Positions 15,632 to 26,995 of a stretch of DNA of 64,000 nt are shown in pieces. The stretch's first letter is position 1, and every line of letters starts with the position of its first letter. Location of the stretch: positions 90,961-154,960 of the forward strand of contig FLMG01004242.1 of assembly GCA_900088475.1 (NCBI GenBank), in the 5' to 3' direction. Made by a program: the position numbers and the translations under genes. Source of the DNA: Hyphochytrium catenoides (Eukaryota > Protista > Hyphochytriomycota). A model generated the notes under the pieces. It saw nothing but the letters and a program-made list of their open reading frames with translations, had not been told where the DNA came from and ran no database searches.

Positions 15632-16573
15632 TTATTGTTCTGAGAGAAGAATTTTTGTGAACTCTAGATCTTTGTCACAGACGTTGCTCACATTCTGCCG
15701 GTCACGTTGAAGAGACCAGAAAGAGACCATGCCCAGTCGCTTTTGCTTGGCAAACGCGGCAACTTTATGCGCGTCTTCAAGGCGAAAGATATTGTCTTGG
15801 ACATCGTTAATGCCTAGCATGGGCGTCAGTCCTATAAGGTTCCAGGCCTTAGCGTCATCGAGGTTCTGCTGGGCTACTGACGAAAAGAGTCCCTTAAGCT
15901 GTCCGTGGGTACTGGTAGCGCATTCTATGGCATAGTCCCCCATGGAGCGCTCGGTGAAGCTGGCACCGTAGTTCATCGCCATTAGATTGACACCACGAAG
16001 TATCGTGTGAGCACGCAAAAAGATCCTGACAACTTCAAGACCATCCGACGTCAAACCAGAAGGCATGGCTGGCAGAGTTAGCCACACCTCGAGCTGAGGG
16101 TGGGAGGAGGTCTGAAGCCTCCGTACAGCCTCACTTAGTCTTTGTGTTGCCTCAACATCAGCAATAGATGCACCTTCTATGTCGAAATCTACCCGTGATA
16201 CTGGATACACTTGAAGAATTCTTCTTAATTCGGCCTCTAGCAGCTCTACCGTTTTCAGCCTTTGATGCAAAGGCACTCCAGCCGCGCCGCCGAAGGAGAT
16301 TGCTGCATTGCCACCTTTTGCCTGAATTGACTGTATGAGCTTATCGAACGGCATATAGCTACCTCCCGGACCCGACCCGGGCGTCGTGTCTATTACTCCT
16401 GCCCAGGCACCATAATTTTCGCGTGCTCCATTGCCTGCCACTATGAATGCAAGATTGAAATACAAGCATCCAATCTGGTCTATGACGGCAAGGTAGTCAA
16501 AGGGAGGCCATAGTCCCACGTCTACATAGGGTGCGACGACATAATCGGGCCAATTTGGTCCCAAACCGCTCAT
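15632..16573 (-). CDS. Glycoside hydrolase family 18 chitinase, Pyrococcus ChiA-like (prokaryote-type) subfamily; catalytic domain only, single exon
   Basis: 313-aa ORF with motifs APYVD, FNLAF, ISFGGA, catalytic DFDIEG (DxDxE), LTLPAMPSGLTSDG, VNLMAMNYG, IGLTPMLGIND and SFWSLQRD. Confidence 0.9.
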   Translation of the reverse strand: MSGLGPNWPDYVVAPYVDVGLWPPFDYLAVIDQIGCLYFNLAFIVAGNGARENYGAWAGVIDTTPGSGPGGSYMPFDKLIQSIQAKGGNAAISFGGAAGVPLHQRLKTVELLEAELRRILQVYPVSRVDFDIEGASIADVEATQRLSEAVRRLQTSSHPQLEVWLTLPAMPSGLTSDGLEVVRIFLRAHTILRGVNLMAMNYGASFTERSMGDYAIECATSTHGQLKGLFSSVAQQNLDDAKAWNLIGLTPMLGINDVQDNIFRLEDAHKVAAFAKQKRLGMVSFWSLQRDRQNVSNVCDKDLEFTKILLSEQ

Positions 16574-17268
16574 AACGCGGGTTGCCGAAGTGCAGGGGTC
16601 GACCAGCTGTGGGCTTCAACACTTCTACTGAGCCGGGATGCACTTTGCTTCCGTCGCAGCCCGTTGCATGACAGGAAGGAGCGAAGAAGAATGCGAAGAT
16701 CCTTGTTTGTCTTCGCCAAAACGGCGATAAATCTAAAAAGAAGATCAGCAAAAGGAAGGAAACAAAGCTTCAGAAGGTCAGAACAGGATCGTAGAAGAAT
16801 CAATCGTATAGATCAAACCTTTGATAATCTATTGAAAACGATAAATATGTCAGCTATCCGAATGAAACTTATAACCCATGACCTTTGTTAGTATTGGCAG
16901 CAAACATTCATTGAAGTATTCTACTCCGTAAGTTTCTCCCAAAGAAGGTCGTTACAGACCCACACTCAGGTCTCAATAACCAGTGCACTCCTCCAAAAAA
17001 TGAAGCTCTGAGCTCTCCGTTTCTCCATCGGCCGGCATCGGAAACTCATGGCGCAAAGCAACACAGAGATCGGAAGTGAGGGTAAAGTGAAAGAAGTAAA
17101 GACAGAGTAAGGGAGAGATGACTTCTGGCTCAAGAGGAACGGCCCATGAAAGGATTCTTCATGAAATATAGAGATCATTCTGGGCCAGATCCCCTAAGTT
17201 GAACGCTTTTGGAGATCTGAGCTGAGGTCCACCGCTTGATAGTCGTCCTTTGGGCTTTCTGGGAGGCA

Positions 17269-20200
17269 ATGTCGTCTCCTTCGAAGGCTCTCTCCTCTTG
17301 GGAGAAGAGCTTGAATGACATTATTGACAAGACCAATCGCAACTTGAGCTCTATGAAGAGCTCAACAGGACCGATCTATAGCAGTGGCCACAGCTCCTAC
17401 TCCTCTGCAGACAAAGAATTGAAACACTTCACACGTGACTTTTCGGACGTTAGAAGTAAGTTGTCGTTAGAGCGCTCATCAGATTCTCTTCCCAGGGCTT
17501 GGGAGGAGAAAGAGTCAAACAGTAGACAACCTAACCGCGCCAGCACTGATGGTGCTGACATACATTCAGATCGTGGCAACAGAGCCAGTCTTCCCTCCGA
17601 TGTGCGGAAGGCAGTGATGAAGGTGAAGGATGAGCTTCAGCTGGAAATTGATTCTCGAACCTCCTCTCTGGATCAGAAGGTTGGAGCTCTACGCTCTCAG
17701 CTGTCTGACGTCATCAGAGACTACGGAGACCTCTTCAAGAAGGTAATGGCTTTCAACTGTCTCGACCTCTTCCCGTTCGGACCTCTCTGTTCCTTACTTT
17801 GAGGTCCGCCTCTCACCATGGTGCTCTGCACTTCCCAATTCCATCTGTCCGGTTACTTTGAGTCCCACTGCTGCCTCAGTGAATTGCCAAACTGGTAATG
17901 TCTAGTCTGTTTTGCCGCTGCTAGGGTAGTCGGACACCTCTCCTCCAACGTACTTCTAAGCCTTCTGCAACTCGGCCTTGCAATGTCCCTTCTCCTTGGC
18001 ACTTCCTTCATCTTGCTTCCCCACGCATAAATGTTCGCTCTGCTAGGTGAGGGTGACGGCCAATGCAGCAGATGTGCTAAAGGAAGACGTAGAGAGGCTT
18101 CGGAAGGGTGGTGACGGGAATGAGAAGACTTTGCGCGAGACAGTGGATACTATAGCGGAAGGTTACAGGAAGAGCACTAGAGTTCTTGAGGAGGTGAAGA
18201 GACAGCTGCAGCTCCATGAGGACAAACACACGGCAATTGAAGGGTTGAACCTGTAAGAGGAGCTTCATCTGTCGCCCTTCCTATCTTCAAACTCGCCCTT
18301 GCTACAGAAAGATTTTATGTAGCGATTAGCTTTGCCAATCTGTGCCTCTTCCTAACCTCCACGCGTTGCAATCTATTTATCATCCCTTAGGAGCTCTAAG
18401 CTCGCCGAGCTCAATCGCCAGTCCTCAGAGTTCAGATCATTGATGGAGGACTCCCTGGCACCCCTTATTAGCCGCACTCAGAGATTGGAGAAGTGGCAGG
18501 TTGACTGCGAAAAGGATGTAGAAAATCGCAGCCAGCTCCTGGGGCAGAGAGCTGAAGCGCAAGCGCAAGCCATTGAGAAGGTAACGTCTTTTTCATTCCG
18601 ATCGCGCTCTTTGAAACTTGTCTCTATCCTCTATCAATACCTTCCGCTATTTGCTCTCTTTATCCTTTGTTTTCCAACTTGTTTGGCTAATGGCAAACCC
18701 ATTTCCTCTCATATAACCCTCCAGCTCCGAGCGGAAGCGCTCTCGCCTTTCGCAATCAAGAAGCTTATTGAGGAGGTGATCTCAGAGCGTTGCTCGCGGC
18801 TAGAAAATGAGGTCATGAAGAGAGCACTGGCTTCTGCTGAGGCCATTGAGAGAAGAATAGCAGACCGTCTTGCCCACCAACAGAATATGATGGAGAAAAA
18901 CATGGAGATGCAGAAGGGAGAGATATACGAAAGGTAAGTCCGAGAAAGAGAGGAGACTTCAGCAGAGACCATCATCCACATGTGTACATAGAGCGAAAGC
19001 AAAGCAAAGTGCTGCCAAGTCGACGCCTTGAGCACCTTTACTGAGGCCATGTTCCTGTCCAGGGTGGCAGATCTCTCTCGGTCTGTCATAGATCTTCAAA
19101 AGAAGCAGGCGCAAGACGTGACCTCCCGGGCAGCCGACATAGACCAGGTACATACTCCTCCTCCCTGTCTATAGCCTCTTCCCTGTCATTGCGGCTCGTG
19201 TTCCTAGCTTTTTGGCTCTCTGTAATCCAGACCTTCTGCGTTCAATTTCTTGCTCCTACGCAGACCATCCTTATCTCTCACCTTTCATTGAATCCTCCCC
19301 CTTATTCACTTCTTGGGGCTTCCCACATCTTCCTAAGATACACATCTTGACCATTCGAAATCGGTGCCCGATCTGTGTAATCAGGGTCTCACAATCCCGC
19401 CTTCCTTCCCAATTGCTGACTGTCGCTTGCTCTTCCTTGTTTCTCTATAAGATCATGGATAAGCTGACGGTCCAGAGGCAAGAATTGCAGCGCAAACAAC
19501 AGCAGCTGGAAACATCTCTCACCAATTTAGAGGCTAGCACTCAAGAGGAAAGGGAGATTGGGCAAAAAGCAGAAAGAAGCTTTCAGCAACTAGAAAGCAA
19601 GGTCAACTCCCTCTCCGTGGCTTTAGAGGGCAAAGGAGCGGACTGGGACAAGGTTAGGGCGACCCTCCGAGAGCTGGAGAAGCAGCACGAAGAACTAATG
19701 GAAGAAAGAGTAACACTGCGAAGTGCTATTAAGGAGAGAGCAGAGAGCACAGACTCTGGATTTCTGAGGGAGATGACTCTCTTCAGAGCCTCAACTAAAG
19801 AGGAGATAGATAGACTCTCCCGCACCATCTCTGCTCTAAAAGAGGCCACGCTCGAACAGCTCCAGAGTTATGAAGACAAGAACAAGAGAGAACAAGAGAA
19901 GAGTACTAGAGAAACAGGAACAGCTTTGATGGAGCTGAAGACTGTGCTGGATAGAACATCCGCAGAGGTCAACGGTTTAAAAGCGCGAGCAGAGGCGGCA
20001 GAATCTTCAAAAGAGCTGGAGGTAGCACTAGCACTGACCGGTTTCCTTCCCTTATCTCTGCCTGAGAGTATAATGCCTATGTTATCTCTGCCTGAGAGTA
20101 TAATGCCTATGTTTCTCCTCTTCGTTCTTCCTCTTTACACACTTCTGAAAGTTCACACCGCGATGTCAATCTTCAATAGCTCGCTTTAGGGACTTACTTT

Positions 20201-23200
20201 CTCTCGTCTCCAGCTTCACGCTCTACGACGGAAGTTAACTGCGGCGATGGAAGAATGGAAGAAAGCGGAGTCAAAGAGGCAGCACGCGGTTGCCGCCCAT
20301 GAAGAGCTTAAAGAGGTGGGAGTGAATGGTAAAGTCAGTTCGTATCTTGTCTAGTCGGCTAAGTCGCTTGGCTGGTATCAGAAACTCACTGGAGAGACGC
20401 AGCGGTTGCTGGAAAGGTTCAGAGAAAAAGAAAAGGATGTAGAAGAAGAGAGGAAGGTTCTGACATCGCAATTGAGAGAAAAGGAGATGTCTCTCTCCGC
20501 ACTGGAAACGAAGATGAGTTTCTCGACATCTCGGCTGGCGCAAGAGGAAGCTGTAACCTTACAACTCCAAAGTAAGATTAAAGAGCTCCGGGATCAGCTG
20601 ACTCAGTCCAAGAGATCGGTAAGAAGGCACTTCTTCTCTCGCCTCCTCGTTTCTCGTTCTGTCTGATGGAAGAGGAAATCAACACAAAGTTCTGCTCCTC
20701 TTTCTCACCATTATCTTAAATTGGTCCTTTCTAGCTGGAAGCGAGCGCAGAGGAGGGACGCTGCCAGCTTGCTACGGCTGAGAAGAAGCTACAGGAGAAG
20801 ACGAACGAAGTTCTTCGTTTGACAATGGCGCTAGAGGAGCAAGAGAAAATAGTAAAAGGTTTAAGAGAGAAGGAGGCGTCCTTCCAAGAGAGAGAGAGAG
20901 AATTATGTCATTCTAAGGACAAGGAGCTTGCTCTTCTCCGAGAAGAGGCGGCAGACCTGGTAAGTACAACCTTAACCATATTCTGGCATGAACTCAGGGT
21001 ATCTTTTCCCCCTTCCACGTGGTTGCCAGGGCTTCGAATGATAGTACTCTCTGACTTCATCCGCTTACGTCGGTCTCTCTTCTTCTCCTCTCTTCATATC
21101 TACTTCAGATTGAGGAGATGGAACGCTCTCTAGAGGCGCAGCAAAAGAAGCTAGAGGGCGATAGGAGGAAAAAGGAGGAAGAAGTATATCGCTTGGAGCA
21201 ATTGGTGCAAAGCTTACAGAAAGAGCTTTTAGAAGAGAAAAAGAAGGACAAGAACGATGAGATATCTACATCTCTTCCATCATCTTCTTCCCTTCCAGCA
21301 TCACTGCCTTCAATCGCCGCCCGTGCGCTGGAAGCTGAGCAACTGATGCAGTCTGAATGGAAGGAGCTGAGAGAAAGAGAGGTGAAGAAGGATGAGGAAC
21401 TTAAAGAAAAGCAGGAGAAGGTTCAGGCTCTTGAGGAGGCAATTGCCAAGCTCACAGAAGATTTGAAGAGGATGAGAGATAAGTCCACAACTGACAGAGA
21501 GCAAAGCATTGGACGTGGCCCCAACGAAGAGGTAAAAACGGTGTTTTTCAGCCTTTTCTTGCGAGCAGGACGCACTGGCGTCTGCCGTTCTATTCTTCCT
21601 ATTCTCACCAAGTCTCTCCAAGACCTCTAATACTGACCTTTGCATTGCCCCCGATCCGGTCAGGTACAATATCAGGCTCAGATAGAGGCGCTTCAAAGAG
21701 AAAGAGAAGTTGAAAGGGAGAAGGGAGAGAAGAGAGAGAAGCACCTAGGGGAACAGCTCCGAAGATACTCAGCGAGCCTCTTGCAAGTTGAGAACAAACT
21801 TAGGCAGCTTGAGGCATCCGCTGGCCTCCTATTATCTACGGAAGAGGAGGAAAGCTGTAACAGTCTTGAAGAAGAGCTAGGTGATGAAGAGAAACACAAG
21901 CTGTCTCCTCTTCTTCAACGCCTGGATTCTCTACAAAAAGCCATATCAGAGCAGAAGGCGAGACAAGGTGAGCCCCTATAACGTGGCCATAGACTTCTCC
22001 CATAGTTCTATCTCGCAGCTCCGCTTACCTCCCTCTTCATCGCTTTGCCCAGATGAACAGCTAACAGCTTTCTCAAGTCAGCTCGGTCAGTTTAGAGACT
22101 CGGGTCGTACTCTGACCCCTGGACAAGAAGGACTTACCACTGTCAATCCGGAAGCCCTTCGAAAGGAGTTGGAGACATTATTATCTGCCAAAGAGCGACT
22201 AGAGCAAGAGAGGGATACTCTTTCTTTCGCATTGCAGAGATTGAATGAAGAAAGAGATTCTCTTGCTCTTTCTAAGGAACATTTGGAAAGAACCCTTGCT
22301 GTGAAGGATACAACTCCTGCAGGTCTGCGAAGAGCAGGAGCTACACAGCTGGCAGAGAGACTGAAGCTTCTTCAAAAGACTATGGGTTCTCTCTCAACTG
22401 TCCGCTTGCCATCTGACACAGGTACCTCAATAGCGACATGCCTCCTCCATTTATTCTTATCAGGGCCTTCATATTGCTTACCTCGAATGCCAAATGCCGT
22501 GGACTTCCTCTAAGACATTTCTCTCACTGATACCATCTTGGCTCCTCTGGTTGTATCTCCGTATTAGGCCACTTAGAGACGCCTATAGCCGTAAGCAGGT
22601 TTGAGTCTCTTGGCAGTCAAGCTCAGAAGATCTTTTCTCTACTGTCACGGACCGTGGGACTGCTATCCGATCTAGAGAAAGTGGAAGAGATCAGCAGTAA
22701 GGCCGCGGAGGCGCTGAGAGAAAGTGAGAGCAGGGCGAAAATGAAGCACTCAGAGGCTGAGCAAAGACTGGCTTCCGCGAGAACCGAACTGGAAAATGCA
22801 GAGGAGGCTCGTAAGTCACTCATTGCCCAGTATAGGAACATGGAAGCTGAGCTGGAAGAACGATGCAGCTCTCTGAAAGATGAGGTGGCAGCTGTGCAGG
22901 AAAGACATAACAAGGGCACGGAAGAAGAGGTTTCTTTGGCGAAGTATGTGCAGGAAGTCCACCGCCAGCTCGATGAAGCGAGGATTGCCCATCTCACCGT
23001 CTCTCAACAGCTCTCTGCAATTCCTCTTTTATCGGCCATTGCCCAAGAGAGAGCAAGGGCGCTGTCTGAAATGGAACAAAGGGTGAAAGACAGTGACGAG
23101 AGAGTAAAGGCCGCCGATATGAGTGCAGTAGAGGCATTAATAGGTGTACATGGCATCGTGGAGCCAGCTCTGGCCAGCGACCCCGGAAAGGAATCTCTTA

Positions 23201-26200
23201 CGTCAACGGTCTCTAGAAAGATAATAGACGACCTGAAGCTGCAACTTCAAGCTGTTCCTTTGCTAACAATGAAGCTCGCAGAACTGGCGACTGAGCTGAG
23301 AGAGAACACTCGCGAGGACGCCAGGAACCCGGACCGAAAGAGCAACTTAGCGATGCAATCTGAAGAGCTACACGTACGGATGGCAGAAAACCTGGTAACA
23401 AGCATCCAGACAAACATTGACAAGGAATTGAGCAATCAAGAGAAAGACGAGGCGGCTATCAGGATCCAGAGCTTGATCAGAAAAAGTTCGGTTGAGAAGC
23501 AATATCAGAGTCTTTCCAGAGTGAGTGAGGATGAGAAAGAAAGGGAACGAATAGCGGTGACGAAAGTTCAGAGTCTAGTTAGGCAGAGGTCCCCTGAGAA
23601 GCTGGTGGAAGCGCTACGGAAACAGAAAAACGAGGAAGAAGTCGAAGGGCAGAGAGAAGCAGCCACCAAGATCCAAAGCCTCACGAGACGAAGGTCAGCC
23701 GAAAAGCAGTTGCAGAAGCTGCGACAGGAAAAGGAAGCGGAGGAACAGGAGGTTGAGCGCCGGGAAGCTGCAACCAAGATTCAGAGCATGGTAAGACGCA
23801 GATCTGCGGAAAAGCTGGTCGATGGCTTGCGAAACGGGAGGCTGGAAGAAGAAGCCGAGGAGTGGAGAGAAGCAGCGACCAAGATCCAAACCTTCACGAG
23901 ACGAAGGTCAGCCGAAAAGCAATTGCAGAAGCTGCGACACGAAAAGGAAGTGGAGGATCGGGAAGTCGAGCGCCAAGAGGCTGCAACCAGGATTCAGAGC
24001 GTAGTAAGACGTAGATCTGCCGAGGAGCTGGTGGATGGGCTAAGGAACAAGAGAAAGGAAGAAGAAGCCGATATGAAGAGAGAAGCGGCCACCAAGATTC
24101 AAAGCCTCACAAGACGGAGATCAGCCGAAAGGCACGTACAGAAACTGCGCAAGCTTAAGGAAGCGGAGGATCGGGAAGTCGAGCGCCAGGAGGCTGCAAC
24201 CAGGGTCCAGAGCTTAGTAAGACGTAGGTCTGCTGAAAGGCTGGTGGATCGGCTAAGGAAAGAGAAAGAAGAAATCGAAGAGCGGCGAGAAGCGGCCACC
24301 AAGATTCAATGCCTCACAAGACGGAGATCAGCCGAAAGGCTAGTGCAGAAACTGAGAGAGGAAAAAGAAGCGGAAGAAAGGACTGAGCGCCAAGAAGCCG
24401 TAACCAAGATCCAGAGCTTAGTAAGACGTAGGTCTGCTGAAAGGCTGGTGGATGGGCTAAGGAAAGAGAAAGAAGAAATCGAAGAGCGGAGAGAAGCGGC
24501 TACCAAGATTCAAAGTCTCACAAGACGGAGGTCAGCGGAAAGGCTAGTGCAGAAACTGAGAGAGGAAAAAGAAGCGGAAGAAAGCACTGAGTGCCAAGAG
24601 GCCGTAACCAAGATCCAGAGCTTAGTAAGACGTAGGTCTGCTGAAAACCTGGTGGCTCGGCTTAGAAGAGAGAAAAAGGAGGAAGAAGCCGAAGTGCGGC
24701 GAGAAGCAGTCACCAAGATCCAAAGCCTCATGAGGAGGAAATCAGCGGAGAAGCGAGTTAAGAGAATGCAGAGAGCGAGGGAAGAAGAAAAAGTGGAGCT
24801 TGAGGCCGCTGCAGCCATCAAGATTCAGAGTTTAGTCAGACAAAAACTAGCTGCGGAGGTGGCGGCGGGCCTAAGGAAAGGAAAGAAGGATCAAGAAGAG
24901 AGTCACAAACAAGTGGAGGCAGCTACGAGAATCCAGAGCCTGACAAGGCGAAGATCTGCGGAGAGGCTCTTAAAGAAGCTACAGGATGAGGCTCAAGCTA
25001 AGGAGGAAGACGACAGGAGGAAAGCTGCAGCCAAGATCCAGAGGTTGGTGCGCCGCAGCTCTGCTCGGAACAAAGAATTGGAGAAACTGCAACGAGGACA
25101 AGAAGATCAGAAGACGAACACTGAACGACGACAAGCAGTCATGAAGATTCAGCGCATGGCGAGGCGCAGAGCAGCACTGAAGCTGCGACGGAGTTTGCTA
25201 GAAGAAAGGGAAGCAGAGGAAAAGAAGGATCAAAGAGAAGCTGCGACCAAAATCCAGTGCCTTGTTAGACGTCGGTCGGCCGAGATGCTGCTAGCAGAGC
25301 TACAGAAAAAGAGGCAAGAGAGTTTCTTCAAGGGGCAAAATGAAGCAGCGACGAAGATCCAAAGCGTTGTTAGACGAAGCTCTGCTAAAAAGCTAATGAA
25401 AAGGCTCCAGGCTCAGAGGAGAGCTGAAGCGAAGGCAGAGGAGCAAGACGAAGCTGCAACCAGAATTCAGTGCCTAGTCAGACAAAGATCAGCCACGAAA
25501 ACCCTCCGGACACTCCGCAAGGAGAACGAGGGACAAAGGCTAGAGACGGAAAGATTGGCCGCGACGAGGATTCAAAGCATGGCAAGGCGGAAGTTCGCTG
25601 AGAAACTTCTGGCAAAGCTCCAGAGAGAGAGGATAGAAGTGAAGGAAGGAGAGGCCCGGACGCAAGCCGCGACTAAGATCCAGCGCTTGGTCAGGCAAAG
25701 ATTGGCACAAAAGCTGCTGGAGAAGCTCCAAATGGAGAAAGCAGAGCAGAGCAAGGCAGCAAGCAGGATCCAGCTTTTGGTGAGGCGAAACATTGCCGAG
25801 AAGCAAAAAGAAGCAGCGATCAAGATACAAAGTCTCGTACGACGCAGATCGGCCCAGAATCTCCGAGACAAGCTGCAGAGGGATAAGGAGGAAATTGGCA
25901 AGGAAGAAGCGACGGAACCAACGAAGGAGATCCAGCATCTGCGCCTGCAGATCTCGGGCGATGAACCCCAAACGCTATCGTCAGGACGAGATGATACGGA
26001 TCTTAGCATTTCTACAGTGCAGCCCACTCCAGTAGTAGCTGCAGGCGGGGAGGGTCAGCATGAACTACCCGAACAGACGGGAGAAGCTTCAGAACATGCT
26101 TTGTTGACATCAGGAGGTCGTCAGACTCTCTTCCAGCTGGATTTAGACAACGTCAAGCGAAGTAGCATGCTCGAATCCTGGGATGACCTCACTGAAGATG

Positions 26201-26879
26201 AGGAAGCAGTAGCCAAACCATCAGAAAACTTCCGACAAAATTCACATCATTTGAAGGGAGAAGACAGTAGTCCAATCGCTGCCACCGACGGTGCTGCGGG
26301 TAGCCCTAGCCCCAAGGGCAGTCTAATGGAACGGTTAGCCGCCGCTCGTCTGAAAGCAGCACAGCAAGCAATGACTGCAGCAGAGCAAAATGACGAAGTT
26401 AGCCCCCTTCCGACAGACACCAGACACCCGTCCGAAGATAGTGCGGACGACCTTCAGATTCCCGCTTTAAATAGCACCTTTGACGGAAGCCGAGGGGAGG
26501 AGGATGAGAAAGAGAAAAGTGAAAGCCAAGAAGATCAGAAGGCTCCCGACTCCGGCCTCCTGAGCCCTATGGTAAGGCTTGTTCGACTTCCAAATGTGCC
26601 ATAATCTAGACATCTGACTGTTCGTCGCCCTGCGTGTGCAATGCGCTCGGCCCAAATCGCTACTTTTTCACCAAGCGCCTTACCGAGACCAGTAATGCCG
26701 AGGATACGCCCATGGAGTCAGTGGAGGAGCTAGAAGAAGAAGTTCTAGAGGAATCTGTGGAAGAGTTGGAGGAGTCGGTCGAAGGAATGGACGAAGAGTT
26801 GTTGGACAAGGGCGAAGAGCACAAGAGTCAAGAGTACGAGGATGAGGAGTTTGACTCGTATGAGGACGAGGGTAAATAG
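17269..26879 (+). CDS. Giant coiled-coil protein (over 2000 aa) with a tandem array of 24 IQ-like motifs and an acidic C-terminal tail; multi-exon
   Basis: ATG 17269 (MSSPSKALSSWEKSLNDII). Successive E/K/R/L-rich exons with GT-AG borders, a roughly 4-kb exon at 22568-26571 carrying the IQ array, and a last exon RLTETSNAED...EDEGK* ending at 26879. Confidence 0.8.
20052..20111. repeat. Perfect 30-bp tandem duplication inside an intron
   Basis: ttatctctgcctgagagtataatgcctatg x2. Confidence 0.9.
23449..25860 (+). repeat. Coding tandem repeat: 24 IQ-like units (consensus EAATKIQSL[V/T]RRRSAE[K/R]), mostly 33-37 aa apart, including a 204-bp higher-order dimer repeat
   Basis: Counted in the 22654-26604 ORF. 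The string ccagagcttagtaagacgtaggtctgctgaaa recurs at 24207, 24411 and 24615. Confidence 0.9.
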
Positions 26880-26995
26880 TGGGCGATTGAGATCTTTAGA
26901 TAGAAGGACGCTTCTTTCTCATCTGGCAAAATGACCCTATGTACTCCTGCAGTCCGTCGCATTCGGTAGCTCTACACTAGAAAAGGCTGAGGATG

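Noticed and set aside
15632-16573. Bacterial contamination as the source of the prokaryote-like genes
   Set aside because: The genes sit in contiguous sequence between intron-containing eukaryotic genes of similar composition, with no operon structure. tsaE itself has spliceosomal introns. Read-level confirmation is still advisable.
23568-26027. Repeated minus-strand ORFs (SADLRLVRLWILVAAS)
   Set aside because: Antisense shadows of the IQ repeat array.
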